Shown here: positions 58,725 to 64,000 of the stretch, piece after piece
How positions within the stretch are numbered: the stretch's first letter is position 1
Layout: every line of letters starts with the position of its first letter
Source: a virus
Length of the DNA stretch: 64,000 nt
IMG/VR virus record: IMGVR_UViG_3300014806_000004
Direction: 5' to 3' (one strand)
The notes under the pieces: model-generated
What the model was told of the DNA's origin: nothing
Seen by the model: only the letters and a program-made list of their open reading frames with translations
Database searches by the model: none
Made by a program: the position numbers and the translations under genes

Positions 58725-58958
58725 ATGCAAGAAACTACTTTCTCTCGCAAATTGGATTCAAGTGGTAGAATTATGATTCCGATTCGTTTGCGTGAACAAA
58801 TGGGACTTACTTCCGGTTAGGAATACTATTTCACTACTATGGTAAAAGATGGCAGAAAATACATCTGCATTGACTGCGGGTCGGTTAATTCTTCGCTTGA
58901 AGAAGCTATGAAAATTATCCAAGCAAACGGATTAAAGATTGTTGAAAATGCCGATTAA
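58725..58958 (+). CDS. AbrB/MazE-type (SpoVT_AbrB domain) small DNA-binding protein with one in-frame TAG
   Basis: KLDSSGRIMIPIRLREQMGLTSG-TAG-EYYF is the swapped-hairpin AbrB N-domain. It is preceded by a ~170-nt hairpin-rich leader. Confidence 0.45.
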
Positions 58959-59230
58959 CTTCTCAAAAGAAAGGGAGTTGTTGGTATGCAGAAATTAATG
59001 ACCTCCTGAAATTCAGGAGGTTCTTTTTTTATTCGTTCGCCCGGCCGTGCACCACAGGCGCGGCCGGATTTTTTATCAAGAGGCAATTTGCACAATTTTA
59101 GGCTCGAATTGTTGTGCAATCTGACGGAAGATTTTTTCCCAAAATTGCTTGACTTTCTATCTGTTATCTGTTATACTTGTATCATCAAGAGGGGAGAACA
59201 AAAGCCCTCGAAACAAAAGGAGAATGAGTT

Positions 59231-59464
59231 ATGTATCTGGTAATGGCTGACAGTAGAGAAAAGATTATCGGCGTTTCTGATACTGAAACTGGCGCACGCC
59301 ATGCGGGATGGGACTGGCTCAAGGCCCAGTATTCCGAAAGCGAGTGGAGCCAAATTCTGGAAGATATGGACTATGAGAATGAAGGGGACTTGCGGCATGA
59401 CCTTCTCATGGGCGCATATTGGGAAGATTTCGATATGGAGATTATCGAGGTTAAGAGGGTATAA
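59231..59464 (+). CDS. Hypothetical acidic protein
   Basis: Promoter TTGACT(59149)-17-TATACT lies upstream, with RBS AAAGGAG. Confidence 0.4.
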   Translation: MYLVMADSREKIIGVSDTETGARHAGWDWLKAQYSESEWSQILEDMDYENEGDLRHDLLMGAYWEDFDMEIIEVKRV

Positions 59465-59493
59465 ACCCTCTTAACCAGAAAAGGAGTATATAT

Positions 59494-59646
59494 ATGACTA
59501 CCTTCACAATGATTGTTTTGATTGCGTTTGTGGCCTGCCTTGCATGGCAGTTAATGGCGGCTGCTCAAAAAGGCTGTATTCGGCTTGAAATCATGTTTGC
59601 CGCAGAAATTCTAATGTTCGCATATTTGGCAAAAAATTTGATGTAA
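59494..59646 (+). CDS. Small membrane protein (50 aa)
   Basis: RBS AAGGAG and a single TM helix. Confidence 0.3.
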   Translation: MTTFTMIVLIAFVACLAWQLMAAAQKGCIRLEIMFAAEILMFAYLAKNLM

Positions 59647-59730
59647 AGGGTTGACAAACCGCTTAAACAGTGGTATAATCAATAATGTAAAGAGAAGGAA
59701 AACTCATTAAACCAGAAAGGAAATATTGCT

Positions 59731-59961
59731 ATGTATAGAATGACTGAGCAGGATAGACAGGGGATTATTCTTCTGCATAAGACCATGGAGGAGTTCTGCC
59801 CAGGAGAAGCAGCACAGGCAATGCTCCAGTCTTTGGGGAAATTCCTGCGGATCGGCATGTGTACTCCCGATGACGCGGCCGATATTATCAAGGGTATTTT
59901 CGATGAGGAAGCCGATAAGGCGGTTGATGAAATGACTATGATGGATTTACTTTCCTTGTAA
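59731..59961 (+). CDS. Hypothetical protein
   Basis: Promoter TTGACA-17-TGgTATAAT (59655-59685) lies upstream, with RBS GAAAGGAAA. Confidence 0.4.
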   Translation: MYRMTEQDRQGIILLHKTMEEFCPGEAAQAMLQSLGKFLRIGMCTPDDAADIIKGIFDEEADKAVDEMTMMDLLSL

Positions 59962-60055
59962 AAAGGGGTTGACAAATTGCCCCTTCTGTGGTACAATAAG
60001 ACTATGGAAGGGGCAGCCCCAAAAATAAATTAAAATAAGAAAGGGAGTTTTAGAA

Positions 60056-60454
60056 ATGCGTGTTACTAAGAGGATTGAAGCCTATATCAATGACGAGGTC
60101 AACAAGATTGCGAACGCCAAGCGAGAGGAAATCCGAGCCAAGTATGCGGGAGCTATGAAAGAGTTTGAGGATTTTATCGAGGAAGGCCGGAAAGAGATTG
60201 GGGCGCTGAATACAAAGATTATTGAGCGCGCCACGGCAAAGGGATATAAGCTCCGCCGCTATTATGACCCGGAGTGCGCCAAGTCAAATATGTGCAGTCT
60301 TTACAACCCCATCAATCAAACGATGGATGAAGAGCTGTCCACTGTGACAAAGTGGGTAGAGGAAAATGCAAGTCTGATTTGTGTCAAGCTGGAAATGGGC
60401 GGCGATATGAAAACTCTGTCTACTCTGCTGGACGAACTGCGGAAATCGCTTTAA
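60056..60454 (+). CDS. Hypothetical protein
   Basis: Promoter TTGACA-TGgTACAAT (59967-59997) lies upstream, with RBS AAGGGAG. Confidence 0.4.
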   Translation: MRVTKRIEAYINDEVNKIANAKREEIRAKYAGAMKEFEDFIEEGRKEIGALNTKIIERATAKGYKLRRYYDPECAKSNMCSLYNPINQTMDEELSTVTKWVEENASLICVKLEMGGDMKTLSTLLDELRKSL

Positions 60455-60509
60455 GGAAAGGAGGCGCGGGAGTATAGGACTTGTATTCTATGCTCCCGCG
60501 ATAAAAAAA

Positions 60510-60968
60510 ATGAGAGCTGTTGGTATTGTTCGACATATTGATGACCTAGGGCGTATTGTTATTCCTAGAGAAATTCGTAGGAGTATGCGAATTAGAGAAG
60601 GCGACCCTATGGAAATTTTTCTTGATGGCGACTGTATAGCCTTCAAGAAATATTCTCCACTATCTTTTTTCGTTGACCATGCCCACGAAATGCGAAATGC
60701 CCTTTCTGTTAATCACATTTCCGCGGCGATCTTCGATTCAGATAAACTTTTAAGCGGGCCTAGTTCTTTCAAAATTTCTATACCACCAGATGAATGGAGT
60801 AATATCAGCCAACCTGCGACAGCGTGGAAATCTATGTTTATTACTCCCATTTTTTCTGATGGGGGACAAATTGGATTCATTTGTTACAAAAATCTGCACA
60901 ATGATGAATCTATTCACGAAATGGTTAAATTAGTCGCAAGGTATTTTTCAAATATGGCTGAAAGATAA
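60510..60968 (+). CDS. SpoVT/AbrB-family transcriptional regulator (AbrB N-domain plus a C-terminal GAF-like domain)
   Basis: MRAVGIVRHIDDLGRIVIPREIRRSMRIREGDPMEIFLDGDCIAFKKY is the AbrB N-domain, and the ~100-aa C-terminus is arranged as in SpoVT. Confidence 0.6.
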   Translation: MRAVGIVRHIDDLGRIVIPREIRRSMRIREGDPMEIFLDGDCIAFKKYSPLSFFVDHAHEMRNALSVNHISAAIFDSDKLLSGPSSFKISIPPDEWSNISQPATAWKSMFITPIFSDGGQIGFICYKNLHNDESIHEMVKLVARYFSNMAER

Positions 60969-61155
60969 AAGAAGGGCTTCGGCCCTTCTTTTTTTATACA
61001 CTAAAAATTCGACGGCGCGCTGACGCACGCGGCGCGCCGAGTTTTCTTATTTGTAAGTTCTATACAATTTTTGTCTTGAAATCTTGTGCAATTTGCCATC
61101 TTGCAATTATCCTTAAATTATGGTATTATTAGTACAGAAAAAGGAGGGGTACTAA

Positions 61156-61404
61156 ATGAAACCTTCAAAGTTTATTCAGCCCAATGAATACTTAACCGTG
61201 GCTGAAATTTATCGTAGACAATTCGGGCATACTACTACCCCGGTTAATTATGAGATTTATATACGAACTGTGCTTTTACAAGACCCTCTGATCTATATAG
61301 ATTATATGTCAATGCCTTATAAGGTATATCGGCGTAAAACTTTTTTTGAAAAACTTGTTGACAAGGTGTGCAATGAGTGGTATAATAAAACAAAAGGAGA
61401 TTGA
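61156..61404 (+). CDS. Hypothetical protein
   Basis: Promoter TTGCAA-17-TGgTATTAT lies upstream, with RBS AAAGGAGGGG. Confidence 0.4.
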   Translation: MKPSKFIQPNEYLTVAEIYRRQFGHTTTPVNYEIYIRTVLLQDPLIYIDYMSMPYKVYRRKTFFEKLVDKVCNEWYNKTKGD

Positions 61405-61410
61405 TATACA

Positions 61411-61872
61411 ATGACTAAAAAAATGCTCTGCTTTGACATGGATGGAACTATCGCGGACTTGTATGCAGTCCCTAATTGGCTCGAAAAACTCCGCAATGGA
61501 GACCCTACCCCATTCCGAGACGCGGCCCCTATGTGGGACATGGAAGCCCTCCGAAATGCGCTTCTAAAAGCAATCAATAACGGATGGGAAATTAGAGTAA
61601 TTACATGGCTACCACCTGAAAGCACTCCCGAATATAAGAAAGCAGTCACAGCCGCAAAAAAGGAATGGCTTGCAAGGTATAAATTTCCGGCCCATAAATG
61701 TCATTGTGTGGCATACGGAACGACCAAAGCCAAATGTGTATTCCGTAGTTTCTATGAACCGCCGTTTATCCTTTTTGATGATAATGATAAAATTAGGCAC
61801 GGTTGGCATTTAGGAGATACAATAAATCCAGGAGAGACAGACATAATCGAATATATCAACAATCTAAACTGA
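61411..61872 (+). CDS. HAD-superfamily 5'(3')-deoxyribonucleotidase-like protein
   Basis: MLCFDMDGTIADLY is HAD motif I (DxDGT), and FILFDDNDK is a motif-IV-like segment, as in NT5C-type phage nucleotidases. Confidence 0.5.
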   Translation: MTKKMLCFDMDGTIADLYAVPNWLEKLRNGDPTPFRDAAPMWDMEALRNALLKAINNGWEIRVITWLPPESTPEYKKAVTAAKKEWLARYKFPAHKCHCVAYGTTKAKCVFRSFYEPPFILFDDNDKIRHGWHLGDTINPGETDIIEYINNLN

Positions 61873-61918
61873 GTAAGAGGGCGGGGTTAAAATCCCCGCC
61901 CCGCAAAGAAAGGGAGTT

Positions 61919-62119
61919 TTGCAAATGGAAATTCGGAAAGTTAGTAGGCTTGTTCTCGGTTCGATAGAGAAAAAAGCCTTGAGAGATGCGTCAATCCTCA
62001 TAAGCCAGATTAGCAGGAATATGGAAGATAATGAAATTGATGATAACTTTCCTGTCTCTCTTGATGATCTGGTATATGGAATAGATGAACTAATCAACAG
62101 GGAATATATTGGATATTAA
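61919..62119 (+). CDS. Hypothetical protein
   Basis: It is flanked by terminators at 61882-61905 and 62125-62155. Confidence 0.35.
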   Translation: MQMEIRKVSRLVLGSIEKKALRDASILISQISRNMEDNEIDDNFPVSLDDLVYGIDELINREYIGY

Positions 62120-62513
62120 AAATACCCCTCTCAATAATGAGAGGGGTATTTTTTTATTGTCATTTGAGCGGCCCGCGCTTGGGCGGTGCGGGCCGAATTT
62201 TTTTCTTTGTAAATGTTGCACAATTTTGGCGGCAAAAAGTTGTGCAATTTGCCATCTTGTAATTCTCCCAAAAGTATGGTATTATTATCATGTCAGGAGG
62301 GAAGGGCCAAGAAATCAAGAGGTCGCGAACTCTTAGAAAGTAAAGGAAGAAAATGGGTATTTGTGTTATAAGTCGAGCGAACGCCTTTGGAATAGGCCAT
62401 TCCATCGTCCAGTAGCTTGCAATAAATCGCAACAAAATTTCCTTTTCCTCTTGACACCAAGCCTTAAATGTGCTATAATAATACCATCAAGAGAAGAAAG
62501 GACTTGATAGATT

Positions 62514-63338
62514 ATGATTGATAAACGCAGACATTATGTGCTGGTGGTTGACACTGAAACCGCCAACACACTAACCGAAACCGTTCCCGCTGAAATCGGG
62601 GAGGATGGGGAGATTATCACTCCTGAGCGTGTCCGCATGGATATGTCAAATGTACTGGTATATGACTGCGGTTGGGCTGTAGTAGACACCAAGGGCAATA
62701 TTTACGAAACTGCAAGTTTTGTAAATCGGGACATTTTCAATGACGAGCGGGATTTAATGCGGACGGCCTATTATAATTGGAAAATCCCCCGCTATGTTGA
62801 GGAATTGCGGGCCGGCACTCGTAAGATGGCTACAACCTATGAAATCCGGCAGGCTATGCTTGATACTATCGAGCGATACGGCATTAAAGAGGTGGCTGCT
62901 TATAATGCCCGGTTTGACGATAACGCTCTGCGGGTCACTCAACGATGGGTCACTTGCTCTAAGTTTCGCTACTGGTTCCCGTTTGACAGTGTGGAAATTT
63001 GGGACATTATGAAGATGACACAAGATGTTATCTGCAATATGCCCACTTATAAGAAATTCTGTCAGGAAAACGGATATGTCCAAGCCAATGGCGTTCCTCG
63101 TAAGACTGCGGAAATCGTGTGGCGGTTTATTTCTGGCAATACCGATTTTGAAGAAAGTCATACGGGGCTTGAGGATGTTCTCATTGAGGCGGAAATCATG
63201 TGGTATTGTATGCGTCAGCATAAGCCCATGAGAAAGGCCCTGTATGAGAATAAGAGAGAGTTTCCACCTATGACAGATTTTCAGCGTCAACTTTCCGCAA
63301 GTATGCGTTCAATTCCAACTATCCGGGTAGGGGCTTAA
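62514..63338 (+). CDS. DEDDh 3'-5' exonuclease (DnaQ/KapD-like)
   Basis: VVDTETA is Exo I, YNARFDDNAL is Exo II and HTGLEDVLIEAEI is Exo III (H-x4-D). Confidence 0.65.
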   Translation: MIDKRRHYVLVVDTETANTLTETVPAEIGEDGEIITPERVRMDMSNVLVYDCGWAVVDTKGNIYETASFVNRDIFNDERDLMRTAYYNWKIPRYVEELRAGTRKMATTYEIRQAMLDTIERYGIKEVAAYNARFDDNALRVTQRWVTCSKFRYWFPFDSVEIWDIMKMTQDVICNMPTYKKFCQENGYVQANGVPRKTAEIVWRFISGNTDFEESHTGLEDVLIEAEIMWYCMRQHKPMRKALYENKREFPPMTDFQRQLSASMRSIPTIRVGA

Positions 63339-63365
63339 AGCCCCGCCCGGCAGAAAGGAAATAAT

Positions 63366-63557
63366 ATGTCTCAAGTTCATTGTATGCGGTGGAGTTGCCC
63401 GCATTATGCCGAGGAAGGCATGGACCCAGAACAAATCTATGATACTATCTGTCCAGATTTTGACACGGAATCACTTTGTTGCTCTTTGGGTGAGCCATGG
63501 TTCGACTGTGACGAATATCAGAGACAATATGGAGTTGATGATTTCGAGGAGGAATAA
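63366..63557 (+). CDS. Hypothetical Cys-rich acidic protein
   Basis: RBS AAAGGAAATAAT precedes ATG 63366. Confidence 0.35.
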   Translation: MSQVHCMRWSCPHYAEEGMDPEQIYDTICPDFDTESLCCSLGEPWFDCDEYQRQYGVDDFEEE

Positions 63558-63558
63558 A

Positions 63559-63741
63559 ATGGTAACAAAAACTGTATATACCTCTTCTCTGTGTGCAGAT
63601 GCCGTTTACATGGCAATTCAAATTATTGAGCGTATGGGATGGTGTCATGATGATATTGACGAAGATGGAAATATGCTGGTAAATGTTCCCATTGAGGATG
63701 AACACCTGTTTGATTTTCTGGATAACTGTATTTTCTGTTAA
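63559..63741 (+). CDS. Hypothetical protein (60 aa)
   Basis: It is coupled to the upstream gene and followed by the terminator gaagggcttcggcccttc. Confidence 0.35.
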   Translation: MVTKTVYTSSLCADAVYMAIQIIERMGWCHDDIDEDGNMLVNVPIEDEHLFDFLDNCIFC

Positions 63742-63760
63742 GAAGGGCTTCGGCCCTTCT
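63742..63760 (+). terminator. Rho-independent terminator; an identical copy is at 60971-60989
   Basis: gaagggcttcggcccttc followed by TTTTTTTATAC in both copies. Confidence 0.6.
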
Positions 63761-64000
63761 TTTTTTATACAAAATTTGAGCGGGTCGCGCAGGAACGGCG
63801 CGACCCGAGTTTTTCTTTGTAAATTCTGCACAAAAATTTCAGCCCCGTTTTGTGCAAAATTCTGCACAAAAACTTTCTCCCAAAATTCTGATTTCTTGTG
63901 CAATTTGACGCTTGCAATCTGCTTTTGCTTGTGGTAAAATACATTCAGAAAGTGAGAGAGACGAACGGCAGACAGCGACAGCGAATTTCTTAAAAATCTT

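Noticed and set aside
57600-63820. GC-rich hairpins recurring every ~1.5 kb could be a CRISPR-like array.
   Set aside because: The hairpin sequences differ from one another and are 1.2-1.9 kb apart, separated by protein-coding genes. Each is followed by a T-run and a promoter, so they are terminator or regulatory elements and not CRISPR repeats.

Overview
This window looks like most of a tailed dsDNA phage or prophage genome from an AT-rich, probably Firmicute, host. Clostridia-type families (SpoVT/AbrB, XkdV/XkdW-like tail-fibre genes, BclA-like domain, LL-H holin) support that host guess.

The main result is that TAG is not a stop codon here. A long minus-strand late operon runs from 52564 down to 3181 (terminase, portal, scaffold, capsid, neck, major tail protein, an 8.7-kb tape measure gene, about 13 kb of fibre and baseplate genes, tail-fibre-like genes, a serine recombinase, a holin). 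It appears shattered into short ORFs in the six-frame track. Every break I checked is an in-frame TAG, real gene ends use only TAA or TGA, and reading TAG as sense gives continuous, homology-bearing proteins. Glutamine is the likely reassignment (genetic code 15-like). Plus-strand early and metabolic genes at both ends of the window also contain internal TAGs. These include the partial NrdG, dUTPase, a RuvC-like resolvase, FolD, a PARG-like macrodomain overlapping a Pth2 peptidyl-tRNA hydrolase, AbrB/SpoVT regulators, a DEDDh exonuclease and a 5'-nucleotidase. I found no suppressor tRNA in the window.

Embedded in the tail module on the opposite strand (9098-14186) is a complete diversity-generating retroelement. 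It has an Ig-like target protein whose C-terminal variable repeat differs from the template repeat at 15 positions, all template adenines. It also has an Avd-like gene and a reverse transcriptase, and both the RT and the target need TAG read-through.

The early region is organised as repeated single-gene cassettes. Each has a terminator, a GC-rich hairpin, a palindromic TGCACAA/TTGTGCAA operator pair and a promoter.

Coordinates of TAG-containing genes come from manual translation and may be off by a few codons at their starts.
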